A stretch of 64,000 nt of DNA from Candidatus Woesebacteria bacterium RBG_13_46_13 (GTDB lineage: Bacteria > Patescibacteriota > Microgenomatia > UBA8517): NCBI GenBank assembly GCA_001791995.1, contig MGFR01000001.1, positions 242,638 to 306,637 of the forward strand. Reading direction: 5' to 3'. Below are positions 35,145 through 44,879 of the stretch, piece by piece. A program made the position numbers and the translations under genes. The notes below the pieces were generated by a model. The model saw nothing but the letters and a program-made list of their open reading frames with translations. It did not search any database and was not told where the DNA came from. Each line of letters begins with the position of its first letter. The first letter of the stretch is position 1.

Positions 35145-36300
35145 AATAGTATTTTTTACCGGTTAGCTTTTCCGGCAGATAGCTTTCCGTATCGTATTTT
35201 TCGTAGCCTTCCCCGTAGCCAACTTCCTTCATCAGTTTGGTTACCGGATTTCTGATTTTTAAAGGAACCGGAAGGTTTCCGTGCTTCCTGACATCGGAAA
35301 GCGCAGCCATATAGGCGTTATAGGCGGAGCGGTCTTTTTTGGCCAGGGCGAGGTAAACCACTCCCGCCGCCAAATTTTCCTGACATTCGGGAAATCCGAT
35401 TGTGTCGCAGGCCCTGAAGACCTCATTGGCAACAACCAATGCGGTTGGAGAGGCAACATCTTCTGAGGCAAAAACCACCATCCTTCTGGCGATATACAAA
35501 GGGTCCTGCCCGGCCTCAACCATTCTGGCCAGATAATAAAGTGCGGCATCAACGTCGGAAGCCCTCATGCTTTTAATAAAAGCCGAGATAACGTTGTAGT
35601 AATCTTCTCCTTTTTTGTCGAAGGTGTATTGCCGTTTCTGCAGGGCCTGTTCAATTGTCTGCAGGGAAAGTTTTTTGGATTTGGAAAGATTGGAGGCAAT
35701 CTCGAGAACCACCAGGGCTACCCTGGCATCACCGTTTGAGCTTTCGAGCAAGAATTTTCTGGTTTTCTCGTCGAGTTTTACTTTCAAATGTTTTTCTCCT
35801 CGTCTGACGATTGTTGCCAGTTCTTTTTCGGTCAGCTGGTTTAAAAGCAGAACGCGGGTTCTGGATAGCAAAGGGCCGATTACCTCAAACGAAGGGTTTT
35901 CGGTGGTGGCACCTATTAAGGTAATGTCTCCTCTTTCCACAAACGGCAGCAGTTTAGCCTGTTGGGCTTTGTTGAATCGGTGGATTTCGTCGATGACCAA
36001 AACCGGAGGAAAAAGGTTTTTCTGCTTCATAATCTTTTCGATATCTTTAATCGAAGTTGAAACCGCGGAGAATTCAAAGTATTCTCTTTTAAGCTCGGTG
36101 GCGATGATTCGTGCAAGAGTAGTTTTTCCGCTTCCCGGAGGCCCCCAAAAAATAAGAGAAGGGAAAAATCCTTCCTTCTTGGCCGATAAAAGCAGTTTGG
36201 TAATTACTCCGTCTTTACCTACCAGGTGGGTCTGCCCCACAAAACCGGACAACTTTTTGGGTCTTAAAAGTTCGGGAAGAGGAAGATTCATCGTCCGCAC
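35134..36300 (-). CDS. rarA: replication-associated recombination protein A (AAA+ ATPase RarA/MgsA)
   Basis: 388 aa. Walker A GPPGSGKTTLARIIA, Walker B VLVIDEIHRFNKAQQ and the MgsA C-terminal helical domain. Confidence 0.9.
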   Translation of the reverse strand: MRTMNLPLPELLRPKKLSGFVGQTHLVGKDGVITKLLLSAKKEGFFPSLIFWGPPGSGKTTLARIIATELKREYFEFSAVSTSIKDIEKIMKQKNLFPPVLVIDEIHRFNKAQQAKLLPFVERGDITLIGATTENPSFEVIGPLLSRTRVLLLNQLTEKELATIVRRGEKHLKVKLDEKTRKFLLESSNGDARVALVVLEIASNLSKSKKLSLQTIEQALQKRQYTFDKKGEDYYNVISAFIKSMRASDVDAALYYLARMVEAGQDPLYIARRMVVFASEDVASPTALVVANEVFRACDTIGFPECQENLAAGVVYLALAKKDRSAYNAYMAALSDVRKHGNLPVPLKIRNPVTKLMKEVGYGEGYEKYDTESYLPEKLTGKKYYSKK

Positions 36301-36377
36301 ATTTTATACCCAAACAAAATCCGAAGTAAAGAGCTGGTAGATTTACGAACTGGGTATTAAGCTTTAAGATATCGCTA

Positions 36378-37004
36378 ATGCTGGGGACAAAAGTTATCGA
36401 AGAAGTCCGTTCTGCCCTCAACGGAAAGATCGAGGTGGTAAAGTCCGTCGGGTTCGGCACCTATATCAAAGTTGAAGGCCTTACCCAATCCGGAGGGGTT
36501 GTATATGAGGTTTGGCAAAGCACCCTGAAAAAGGTCAAGGGTAAAAAATTAGACATTCAAAGAAGCCTCATCTTGGGTTTAGGCGGCGGAAGTGCGGCCA
36601 AGCTGGTCAAAAAATATTGGCGAGAGGCCAAAATAACCGGTGTGGACATTGACCCGGTGATGGTAAGGTTGGGGGAAAAGTACCTCGATCTTAAGGATGT
36701 TGAAATTCGGGTAGAGGATGCAGAGAAGTTTATTGGTAGAGAGGTTGCGGCCGGTACCAAGTACGACCTGATCCTTATCGATATGTATATCGGGGATACC
36801 GTTCCCGAGAAGTTCCAGTCGGACAAATTTATTAAGACTATTCATACAATGTTGGGCCAGGGCGGAGTCGCGATTTTCAACAGGCTTTACTTCGGAGAAA
36901 AAAGATCTGAGGCGGTGAAGTTTGGCAACAAACTAGAAAAGGCTTTTTTGAATGTTGAGTATGTCTACCCTGAAGCGAACCTGATGTTTGTTTGTCTTAA
37001 ATAG
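36378..37004 (+). CDS. spermidine-synthase-like class I SAM-dependent methyltransferase
   Basis: 208 aa. GLGGGSAAK SAM-binding loop, ITGVDIDP and ILIDMYIGD (the PABS-like D-x-x-D region). Confidence 0.6.
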   Translation: MLGTKVIEEVRSALNGKIEVVKSVGFGTYIKVEGLTQSGGVVYEVWQSTLKKVKGKKLDIQRSLILGLGGGSAAKLVKKYWREAKITGVDIDPVMVRLGEKYLDLKDVEIRVEDAEKFIGREVAAGTKYDLILIDMYIGDTVPEKFQSDKFIKTIHTMLGQGGVAIFNRLYFGEKRSEAVKFGNKLEKAFLNVEYVYPEANLMFVCLK

Positions 37005-38148
37005 CCTGCTTGGCTCTGGCTTCTTTGTAGAATTTCTTGATTGAAACAGTAAGCGCTCCCAGCCCGAAAAGCAGAACAAATAATTTGACGAATCCCGCCG
37101 CAAAAGGAATTAGGCTGACCAGGAAAAAGACCAAGACTCCCAAGGCATAAGCCCAGTTGTCACTGGTTTTACCGGAGACAATTTTCTTGCCTGCCCAGAA
37201 AAACACAAAGACTTTGGCCAGGTAAAGCGCAACAAAATATAGCGCAAAAAGTATCAGGGCAATGGGGAATCCGATGATTGTTAGCATCAAAATTACTAGT
37301 GCCAGGGGTGTGAGAAATACCAGCAGAAAACCTTTGCCCAGACTTTTCCAGGGCGATTTCTCGAGAGTGGCTGCGACCTTACCTACAAACCCGGGGAAGA
37401 GATTCAAAAGGATAAGCCCAATCACCAGTAGCGAAAGGGAGCTGATGAGTTTGCCCGAGACCTGGGCCTTCCAGATATTTTGGGTAATCATCTTTGTATC
37501 CAGTTTGGATGGGGAAAGCTCAACCGGGGATTTATTAAAGACAGTTTTCCCGACAATCTTGGCGCTGGGGTCGATTTGGGCTTCATGGTCTGCCCAATAG
37601 GTGAAATCCTTGGTAACCTGGGCACCTGAGGTCAATCTTATTTCTCCGGCTGCGACATCAAGTCTCCCCCCGACCTGATCCGAGACCGTGACGTTGCCTC
37701 CGGCAATTTCCACGTTTCCGGCAACGGGGGTTGAAAGGGTGATGTTACCGCCCGCAACGACCAAAGCTCCTCCCACGCTGGCACCTTTGGCAATGTCGAT
37801 ATTTCCGCCGGCAACGGTAATGTTTTTACCGACCTTGCCGCTTATCGTGACTTGCCCTCCGAAGACTCTCACGTCTTGGGTTACCTCGCCGTCAACCTTG
37901 ACGTTTCCGCCGGCCACCAATAAATCTCCGTCAACCTTGCCGCTGACGGTAATTTCTCCGCCGGCCGCATAGACATCGCCAATAACCACTCCGGAGATAT
38001 CAACCGTTTCCCCATAGGCAAAATAGGGATTTTCACTGATAGTTTTGTCTTTGGCCAGGGAGAAATTTTTACTTTGGGCTTTTACCGAGGTGGCCGAGAA
38101 GAGAAAGAGCAGAAAAAGGGAAAGTAATAACGAAATTATTTTTCTCAC
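36997..38148 (-). CDS. bactofilin-like polymer-forming (beta-helical repeat) protein with C-terminal multi-TM anchor
   Basis: 383 aa with signal peptide. More than 8 repeats of VxGxVxGD(L)xVAGGNVxV (DUF583/bactofilin-type), followed by about four TM helices. Confidence 0.6.
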   Translation of the reverse strand: MRKIISLLLSLFLLFLFSATSVKAQSKNFSLAKDKTISENPYFAYGETVDISGVVIGDVYAAGGEITVSGKVDGDLLVAGGNVKVDGEVTQDVRVFGGQVTISGKVGKNITVAGGNIDIAKGASVGGALVVAGGNITLSTPVAGNVEIAGGNVTVSDQVGGRLDVAAGEIRLTSGAQVTKDFTYWADHEAQIDPSAKIVGKTVFNKSPVELSPSKLDTKMITQNIWKAQVSGKLISSLSLLVIGLILLNLFPGFVGKVAATLEKSPWKSLGKGFLLVFLTPLALVILMLTIIGFPIALILFALYFVALYLAKVFVFFWAGKKIVSGKTSDNWAYALGVLVFFLVSLIPFAAGFVKLFVLLFGLGALTVSIKKFYKEARAKQAI

Positions 38149-38229
38149 CTCAATTATTGTAGGGAATTATTTTCCACAATGTCAAGGATTGAGGGTGAAT
38201 AGTTAAGGCTGAATTGATAGAATAGATAC

Positions 38230-40935
38230 GTGCTGAACATATTCTCAAGATTTCTTGATATCAACAAAAGAGAAGTTGATAGGCTTGCAAAAATAGTTGC
38301 CGAGATAAACTCTTTCGCTGCCAAGATTAAGAAGTTTAAAGAAAAAGACTTTGCCGCAAAGACCAAAGAGTTCAAAGGCCGCATAGAAAAAGGTGAACCC
38401 CTGGAGAGTATCCTGCCGGAGGCTTTTGCCTTGGTCAAGGAAGCTTCCTGGAGAGCCATCGGCTTAAGGCATTTTGACGTACAGCTTTTGGCCGCCACCG
38501 CTCTTTTTGAAGGCAAGGTGATTGAGCAGAAAACGGGTGAAGGAAAAACTCTTTCGGCAATTCCCGCCCTATATCTGCGGGCTCTTACCGGTAAGGGAGT
38601 GCACTTGGTTACGGTTAACGACTATCTGGCCCGCCGAGACGCCGGCTGGAACGGACCAACCTTTAATCTTTTGGGTTTAACCGTGGGCTCGATTATTCAG
38701 GAAACCAAATCTTTTGTCTTTGACCCCGAATTTTCGGATACCAGCCACGGGGATGAGCGACTGTCTCATCTTAAGCCATCCGAGAGAAAGCTTGCCTATC
38801 AGGCCGATGTTACCTACGGAACCAATAACGAATTCGGTTTCGATTACCTCCGGGATAACATGGTGGGCACCCTTGAGGAGATGGTGCAAAGGGGACACCA
38901 CTATGCAATCGTCGACGAGGTAGACTCAATCTTAATCGATGAGGCGCGAACTCCTCTGATAATCTCCGCTCCGGATACGGAGCCTACCGACAAATACTAC
39001 AAATTTGCCCAGCTGGTGGGGAAGCTTAATCCCGACACTGACTATTCGGTTGATGAGAAAGCCAAAAGTGCGACCTTAACCGAGCACGGGATAACCAAGG
39101 TCGAAAAGATTTTGGGGGTGGAGAATCTTTACGAAAAAGATTTCGAGTCAATCCATCATATCGAAAATGCCCTGCGGGCCCGCACTCTTTATCTTCGGGA
39201 TAAAGATTATGTGGTCAAAGACGACAAGGTAACCATCGTTGATGAATTTACGGGCAGGCTGATGATCGGACGGCGCTGGAGCGACGGATTGCACCAGGCG
39301 GTTGAGGCCAAAGAAGAAGTCCATATCCAGCAGGAGTCCAAAACTCTGGCAACCATCTCCTTCCAGAATTACTTCAGAATGTACGAAGTGCTTTCGGGAA
39401 TGACCGGTACAGCATCAACCGAAGCGGAAGAGTTTAAGAAGATTTACAAACTCGAAGTTGTTGTCGTCCCAACCCATAAGCCGATGGTCAGGGACGACAA
39501 CCCCGATTCGATATATAAAACCTTAAGGGCCAAGTACGGGGCGGTAGTTGCCGAGATAGAAGAAAAACACAAGAAGGGTCAGCCCGTTTTGGTTGGAACG
39601 ACTTCAATTGAGAAGAACGAGATTATCTCGGAGTACCTAAAAAGAAGAAAAATTCCCCATAACATTCTTAACGCCAAGAACCACGAAAGAGAAGCCATGA
39701 TTATTGCCGAAGCGGGTAAGCCGGGTGGCGTGACGGTTGCTACCAACATGGCCGGCCGGGGTGTGGACATTGTTTTGGGCGGGGCCATGCCGGAAAGGGT
39801 GGAAGGGACTACCACCGAAAAATGGAAAACGACAAACCAGTACAAAAAGTGGGAAGAGGCGCACCAAAAAGTTGTGGCCGCAGGAGGGCTACACGTTCTC
39901 GGCACCGAAAGACATGAGTCCCGCCGCATTGATAATCAGCTCAGGGGCCGTTCCGGTCGTCAGGGGGATCCCGGTTCCTCCAAATTCTTCCTTTCCCTGG
40001 AGGATGATTTGATGCGGATTTTCGGAGGCGAGGCGATCTCTTCGATTATGGATAGGCTAAATCTGCCCGAGGAGATGCCCATTGAAAACGCTCTGGTGAG
40101 TCGGGCCATCGAGCAGGCCCAGGTTAAAGTGGAAGGGTTCCATTTTGACATCAGAAAGCGCTTGGTAGAGTTTGACGATGTTGCCAATCAGCAGCGGGAG
40201 ATAGTATATAAGCTAAGAAAAAGAATACTCGAATCGACTGACTTAAAAGAGGAAATTGTCTCCAAGCTTTCCCAGCAGATAGACAGGATTTTGCTTATCT
40301 CCTGGCCCGAATTTTCCCCCAAGCCGGATTACGAAAGGGTTTTGGTATCATTCTTGGATATCGTTCCTTTTGACGAGGCCTCGATCAAAAGAGTCAAAGG
40401 GGAGCTGTCCAAACGAACCATTAAGGAAGAGATAAAGCAGCTTCTGGAAAAGGTGATAGCGGATGTCCATAAAACTAGGGAAGAGCAGGTGGGAGCGGAG
40501 GTTATGAGGCAGATTGAAAAATACGCCTATCTGGGCTCCATCGACCATCTTTGGATTGACCATATTGACCACATCGACGATTTGAGGGAAGGAATCGGGC
40601 TTAGAGCCTACGGACAGCGCGATCCCTTAGTCGAGTTTAAGGCTGAAGCCTACGGGATGTTCGAAGGGTTGATAGACAAAATAGATGAAGAGCTTTCCCA
40701 CAGGATATTCAGAATTGGGGTGGCCATGCCCCAGCCGGAGATACCTCTTGCCCAAGCCAGGGAAAATATCGACAAATCCGACACCACGGGGCTAGCTGGA
40801 GATGCCCAAGAAACTGCCCAAAGCGGGGAGCCTGCATTTGCCGAGAAAAGTAAAATTGGCCGCAACGATCCCTGCTGGTGCGGCAGCGGCAAAAAATGGA
40901 AGAAGTGTCATTACCCCAATCCCGGACCTGCGTAA
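38230..40935 (+). CDS. secA: preprotein translocase ATPase SecA
   Basis: 901 aa with GTG start. DEAD motor motifs, a preprotein-crosslinking domain and a C-terminal zinc finger CWCGSGKKWKKCH. Confidence 0.95.
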   Translation: MLNIFSRFLDINKREVDRLAKIVAEINSFAAKIKKFKEKDFAAKTKEFKGRIEKGEPLESILPEAFALVKEASWRAIGLRHFDVQLLAATALFEGKVIEQKTGEGKTLSAIPALYLRALTGKGVHLVTVNDYLARRDAGWNGPTFNLLGLTVGSIIQETKSFVFDPEFSDTSHGDERLSHLKPSERKLAYQADVTYGTNNEFGFDYLRDNMVGTLEEMVQRGHHYAIVDEVDSILIDEARTPLIISAPDTEPTDKYYKFAQLVGKLNPDTDYSVDEKAKSATLTEHGITKVEKILGVENLYEKDFESIHHIENALRARTLYLRDKDYVVKDDKVTIVDEFTGRLMIGRRWSDGLHQAVEAKEEVHIQQESKTLATISFQNYFRMYEVLSGMTGTASTEAEEFKKIYKLEVVVVPTHKPMVRDDNPDSIYKTLRAKYGAVVAEIEEKHKKGQPVLVGTTSIEKNEIISEYLKRRKIPHNILNAKNHEREAMIIAEAGKPGGVTVATNMAGRGVDIVLGGAMPERVEGTTTEKWKTTNQYKKWEEAHQKVVAAGGLHVLGTERHESRRIDNQLRGRSGRQGDPGSSKFFLSLEDDLMRIFGGEAISSIMDRLNLPEEMPIENALVSRAIEQAQVKVEGFHFDIRKRLVEFDDVANQQREIVYKLRKRILESTDLKEEIVSKLSQQIDRILLISWPEFSPKPDYERVLVSFLDIVPFDEASIKRVKGELSKRTIKEEIKQLLEKVIADVHKTREEQVGAEVMRQIEKYAYLGSIDHLWIDHIDHIDDLREGIGLRAYGQRDPLVEFKAEAYGMFEGLIDKIDEELSHRIFRIGVAMPQPEIPLAQARENIDKSDTTGLAGDAQETAQSGEPAFAEKSKIGRNDPCWCGSGKKWKKCHYPNPGPA

Positions 40936-40938
40936 AGA

Positions 40939-42096
40939 ATGGATTTTTCTTTTGAGGTTTCAAAGAAAGACAAAAAAAGTCTGGCCCGGGCGGGAGTTAT
41001 CCATACGTCTCATGGGGATATTTTAACCCCAGCATTTTCCCCCGTTGCCACCAAGGCCTCGGTTAAAACCCTGACCCCCGATGATTTAAGAGCAGCAAAG
41101 ACCCAGGTAGTTTTGGGTAATACCTATCATCTTTATTTAAAACCCGGCACAGAAACTTTAAAAAAGTTTGGCGGCTTCGGTCCGTTTATGAGATGGCATG
41201 GTCCAACCATCTCCGATAGCGGTGGCTATCAGGTCTCATTTTTAAGATCCAAGTCGGAGGATGGGAGGCTGGTAAAGATTACGGATAAGGGAGCGATATT
41301 TTCCTCTTATCTGGATGGCTCCAGACACTTGATTACACCGGAAAAATCCATGGAGATTCAAAAGATATTGGCTGCTGACATTATCATGGCTTTTGATCAG
41401 CCCCTGGGAAGTGATTATTCTCCCCTGAAGAAAAAAGAAGCTTTCGAGAGGACGATGAAGTGGGAAGAACGGTCATTCTCCGCCTGGAAAAAACTCAAAA
41501 GCAACCAGGCCCTTTACGGAATTGTTCAGGGAGATATCGATAGAAGCTTAAGAAGGAAATCTTTGAAGTTTGTTCTTTCTCTGGGTTTTCCAGGAATTGC
41601 CATGGGCGGGGAATCAATTGGAGTCAGCCCCAAAATTACGGCCGAAACTCTTGATGCGGTGGCAGATATTCTTCCTCTCGATAAACCCCTGCATGCATTG
41701 GGACTTGGGGGAGGACCCGAGGGAATATTTACTGCAGTACAAAGAGGAGTGGATACTTTCGATAACACTTCAATCACCCGAATGGCCAGAACGGGCTTAC
41801 TCTTTATCTACCCCGAAGACGGGGGGAGTATTTCCAATAAATTTAGGATAGATATAGAAAAATCGAAATTCAAAAATGCAAGAGCCCCCATCAGCAATAA
41901 ATGCAGTTGTTATACCTGCAAAAATTTTTCTGCCGCCTATCTCCACCATCTTTTTTTGACCAGAGAGCTTTTGGGACTGCGGCTTGCCAGTATCCACAAT
42001 GTTTTTTTTGTTAACGATTTAATGGAACGAATCAGAAATTCGATTCTGGAAGGAGATTTTCGGGCTTTTAAGAAATACTGGTTGAATAGGGGTTGA
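40939..42096 (+). CDS. tgt: queuine tRNA-ribosyltransferase (tRNA-guanine transglycosylase)
   Basis: 385 aa. TIM-barrel motifs and the zinc site CSCYTCKNFSAAYLHHL (CxCxxC...H). Confidence 0.88.
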   Translation: MDFSFEVSKKDKKSLARAGVIHTSHGDILTPAFSPVATKASVKTLTPDDLRAAKTQVVLGNTYHLYLKPGTETLKKFGGFGPFMRWHGPTISDSGGYQVSFLRSKSEDGRLVKITDKGAIFSSYLDGSRHLITPEKSMEIQKILAADIIMAFDQPLGSDYSPLKKKEAFERTMKWEERSFSAWKKLKSNQALYGIVQGDIDRSLRRKSLKFVLSLGFPGIAMGGESIGVSPKITAETLDAVADILPLDKPLHALGLGGGPEGIFTAVQRGVDTFDNTSITRMARTGLLFIYPEDGGSISNKFRIDIEKSKFKNARAPISNKCSCYTCKNFSAAYLHHLFLTRELLGLRLASIHNVFFVNDLMERIRNSILEGDFRAFKKYWLNRG

Positions 42097-42130
42097 CAAA
42101 TATTATTTAAGTAGATAAACTGGCGCCCAC

Positions 42131-42775
42131 ATGGACGAGAACCCGCAGGAAGAGCAAATAAACCAAGAAGTTGCTGAAGAAAAAACCCCGGAAGTCGGTT
42201 TTCCGATGGCCGCTCCCAAACCGAAATCCAAAATTAATAAACTGGTTATCTTTGCACTTGTACTTTTGGTGCTAGTAGGCGGAGGAATATTCCTTTTCAC
42301 CCGCAGTTCCAAAGACAAAACTGAAGATATTTCCCCGACACCGGCGGTAGAAGGATTGACCTCTCCCACCGCGACAACCTCTCCTTCGGTAACCCCTACC
42401 TCTATCGATAAATCGAAGATTTCAATCGAGATTCAAAACGGAACCGGAATCCCAGGGGAGGCGGCTTACCTTGAGACTCAGCTTAAAAGCCTGGGGTATA
42501 AAGATTTCAAGGTCGGAAATGCCGAAGACCAAACGGAAACGATAACTACAGTGACTTTCGCAAAGAGCCTTTCCTCAAGTATAGTTGACGAGATCACCAA
42601 AAAACTTGAAGAGGTCTATAAGGACGTGGAAACTAAAACATCAAGCACCCAGAAAGTAGATATTCTTATCGTTACTGGTCTTAAGAAGGGAGCAACCCCC
42701 AAGCCGACCACAACCACAACTCCGACTCCGACAAAAACTCCCACAGCGACCCCAACCGCAACTCCTTCTACCTAA
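42131..42775 (+). CDS. LytR_C (LytR/CpsA/Psr C-terminal) domain protein with TM anchor and Thr/Pro-rich tail
   Basis: 214 aa. TM helix, then ISIEIQNGTGIPGEAAYLETQLKSLGYKDFKVGNAEDQTETITTVTFAKS (LytR_C pattern), then a TTPTPTKTPTATPTATP tail. Confidence 0.65.
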   Translation: MDENPQEEQINQEVAEEKTPEVGFPMAAPKPKSKINKLVIFALVLLVLVGGGIFLFTRSSKDKTEDISPTPAVEGLTSPTATTSPSVTPTSIDKSKISIEIQNGTGIPGEAAYLETQLKSLGYKDFKVGNAEDQTETITTVTFAKSLSSSIVDEITKKLEEVYKDVETKTSSTQKVDILIVTGLKKGATPKPTTTTTPTPTKTPTATPTATPST

Positions 42776-42790
42776 AACGAGGTATAATAA

Positions 42791-43255
42791 TTGTGTATGG
42801 ATGCTGTCCGGATTCTTGGGCAAACTTTTGATTTAAACCTGGGAAAATTAACCTTTTCCCCTTCATATGTCCAGGCAGGGGCAATAGTCTTTCTGCTTTT
42901 TCTCCTGGTCTTAACCATGGCCCAGTTCAGGAGGCACTTGATGGGCTGGTCCTTAAAAGGAGGGGTCTTTGGCTTATTTATCGGCTTTACCTTGGCCCTT
43001 ATCTTGGAAGGATTTTTGATAGTCGGGGGCAAAACCGCGGTTACCGAACTGGTGGGCTGGAAAAATGCGCCTAAGCCCCTACTGGTTGCCTTGGAAGCCG
43101 GAAGGAGTAAGCTTGTTGCCGTCTTGGGAGTAACTGACGAAATTCCCACCTCAAACGCCGAAGTCAGGGCCACAACCGAGAAAGTTGTTGGCGATTATCA
43201 GAGCCTAAGCCCAGAAGAGGCCAAGTCCGTGCGCAGAATGATTTGCCTCCCCTAA
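42791..43255 (+). CDS. hypothetical membrane protein
   Basis: 154 aa with two TM helices. No recognisable domain. Confidence 0.4.
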   Translation: MCMDAVRILGQTFDLNLGKLTFSPSYVQAGAIVFLLFLLVLTMAQFRRHLMGWSLKGGVFGLFIGFTLALILEGFLIVGGKTAVTELVGWKNAPKPLLVALEAGRSKLVAVLGVTDEIPTSNAEVRATTEKVVGDYQSLSPEEAKSVRRMICLP

Positions 43256-43276
43256 AGCTGATATACTTCGTTTATC

Positions 43277-44359
43277 ATGCAGGACCTACGGCAGCAAGTT
43301 ACCGAGTTGGAGGCTAAAATGCAGAATTTGTTATCCTCCATCAGCCTGACCGACAAAAAAACCCAACTCAACGCCCTTGAGGCCAAAACTTTAGATCCCG
43401 CTCTTTGGGAAAATCCCGAGGCGGCCAAATCGCTTTTGCAGGAATTCTCCGATACCAAGCAAGAAATTGAGCAGATGGAAACTCTTACTCAAGAGATATC
43501 CCTTCTGAAAGAATTGGTCCAGGACGAGAAAACCCAGGAGGGGCTGGAGAATGAAATCAGAAAAACCCAGTCAGCCCTGGAAAAGCTCATCCTTAAGTCC
43601 TTCTTGGCTGGAAAGTACGACAAGAAGAACGCTCTGGTTTCGATACATGCGGGCCAAGGTGGTACCGAGGCCATGGATTGGGCCAATATGCTCTTAAGGA
43701 TGTATCTGCGTTTTTGCCAAAGAAGAGATTGGGAAACACACGTTCTCGATACCACAGCCGGGGAGGAGGCGGGAGTAAAAAGCGTAACCTTCAAAGTCGC
43801 CGGTGCCTACGCCTACGGATACCTTAAAGGGGAATCTGGAACACACCGGCTGGTCAGGCAATCTCCTTTTAATGCCGACAATTTGAGACAAACCTCTTTT
43901 GCCCTGGTGGAGGTCTTACCTGAACTCACCGAGGTTGACCTGCCGGATATCGTCATCAAAGACGAGGACTTGGACTGGCAATTTTTCAGGGCCAGCTCTC
44001 AAGGCGGGCAAAACGTTCAGAAAGTATCCAGCGCGGTGAGATTGACCCATATTCCCACCAAAATCGTGGTTACGGCCCAGTCGGAGAGATTCCAGGAACA
44101 AAACAGGAAAAACGCCCTGGATCTTTTGAGGTCCAAGCTTTGGCTCTTGGAGGAGCTTAAGGCCGACGAAACCAAAAAAGAGCTTAAGGGTCAGTACCGA
44201 CCTGCTTCCTGGGGAAACCAAATCCGCTCGTACGTGCTGCATCCCTATAAAATGGTCAAAGACCTAAGAACGGAGGTTGAAACCTCAAACTCGGAAGCGG
44301 TTCTTGACGGTGAGATTGATGAATTTATCGAAGCCGAACTAAAATTGAGCGGTCACTAG
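43277..44359 (+). CDS. prfB: peptide chain release factor 2, contiguous ORF without the programmed +1 frameshift
   Basis: 360 aa. SPF tripeptide (RQSPFNADN) specific for RF2, GGQ motif (SSQGGQNVQKV), and a single uninterrupted frame from Met1. Confidence 0.9.
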   Translation: MQDLRQQVTELEAKMQNLLSSISLTDKKTQLNALEAKTLDPALWENPEAAKSLLQEFSDTKQEIEQMETLTQEISLLKELVQDEKTQEGLENEIRKTQSALEKLILKSFLAGKYDKKNALVSIHAGQGGTEAMDWANMLLRMYLRFCQRRDWETHVLDTTAGEEAGVKSVTFKVAGAYAYGYLKGESGTHRLVRQSPFNADNLRQTSFALVEVLPELTEVDLPDIVIKDEDLDWQFFRASSQGGQNVQKVSSAVRLTHIPTKIVVTAQSERFQEQNRKNALDLLRSKLWLLEELKADETKKELKGQYRPASWGNQIRSYVLHPYKMVKDLRTEVETSNSEAVLDGEIDEFIEAELKLSGH

Positions 44360-44402
44360 ACACTATTCACTAATAAGTATTTCTTGTGTTATAGTAAGAT
44401 TC

Positions 44403-44879
44403 ATGGAGCAGACAGCCACACCTACGCCCACCCCAAAGATACCGGTTGCCATGGGGTCGGTCGTTAAAAAGTTTCCCAAATTCGATATCAAAGGTTCGGC
44501 AATTCTGATCGCAGGGGTGGTTCTGGTGATTTTGGCCGGAATCGGCACCGGCTGGTTACTTTCCGGCAGGGCAAAGATTGCAGGGAGTTCTTCCCAAACC
44601 GTCCCGGGAGCGGAAACCGGTCCCAAGGAAGCCGGATTGGCGGATGAAAAAACATTCAGAGATACAGCTGAGGGAACTTTGGAAGAAGGCGGTATTGCCG
44701 GAGAGGGGACTCACCACTTGGTGCGCGACGGCGGGCCCAGCCAAAATGTGTACCTAACCTCAACCGTAATCGATTTGGAAAGCTTTGTCGGCAAAAAAGT
44801 TCAGGTTTGGGGAGAGACGATATCGGCGCGTAAAGCAGGCTGGCTAATGGATATCGGCAAAATTAAGGTCGTACAATAA
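44403..44879 (+). CDS. hypothetical membrane-anchored protein
   Basis: 158 aa. One TM helix after a Pro/Thr-rich N-terminus. Confidence 0.4.
   Translation: MEQTATPTPTPKIPVAMGSVVKKFPKFDIKGSAILIAGVVLVILAGIGTGWLLSGRAKIAGSSSQTVPGAETGPKEAGLADEKTFRDTAEGTLEEGGIAGEGTHHLVRDGGPSQNVYLTSTVIDLESFVGKKVQVWGETISARKAGWLMDIGKIKVVQ

Noticed and set aside
43277-43400. Searched for the canonical prfB +1 frameshift site (CUU UGA C after a Shine-Dalgarno-like element)
   Set aside because: The reading frame is continuous from the first Met, so no frameshift is needed.
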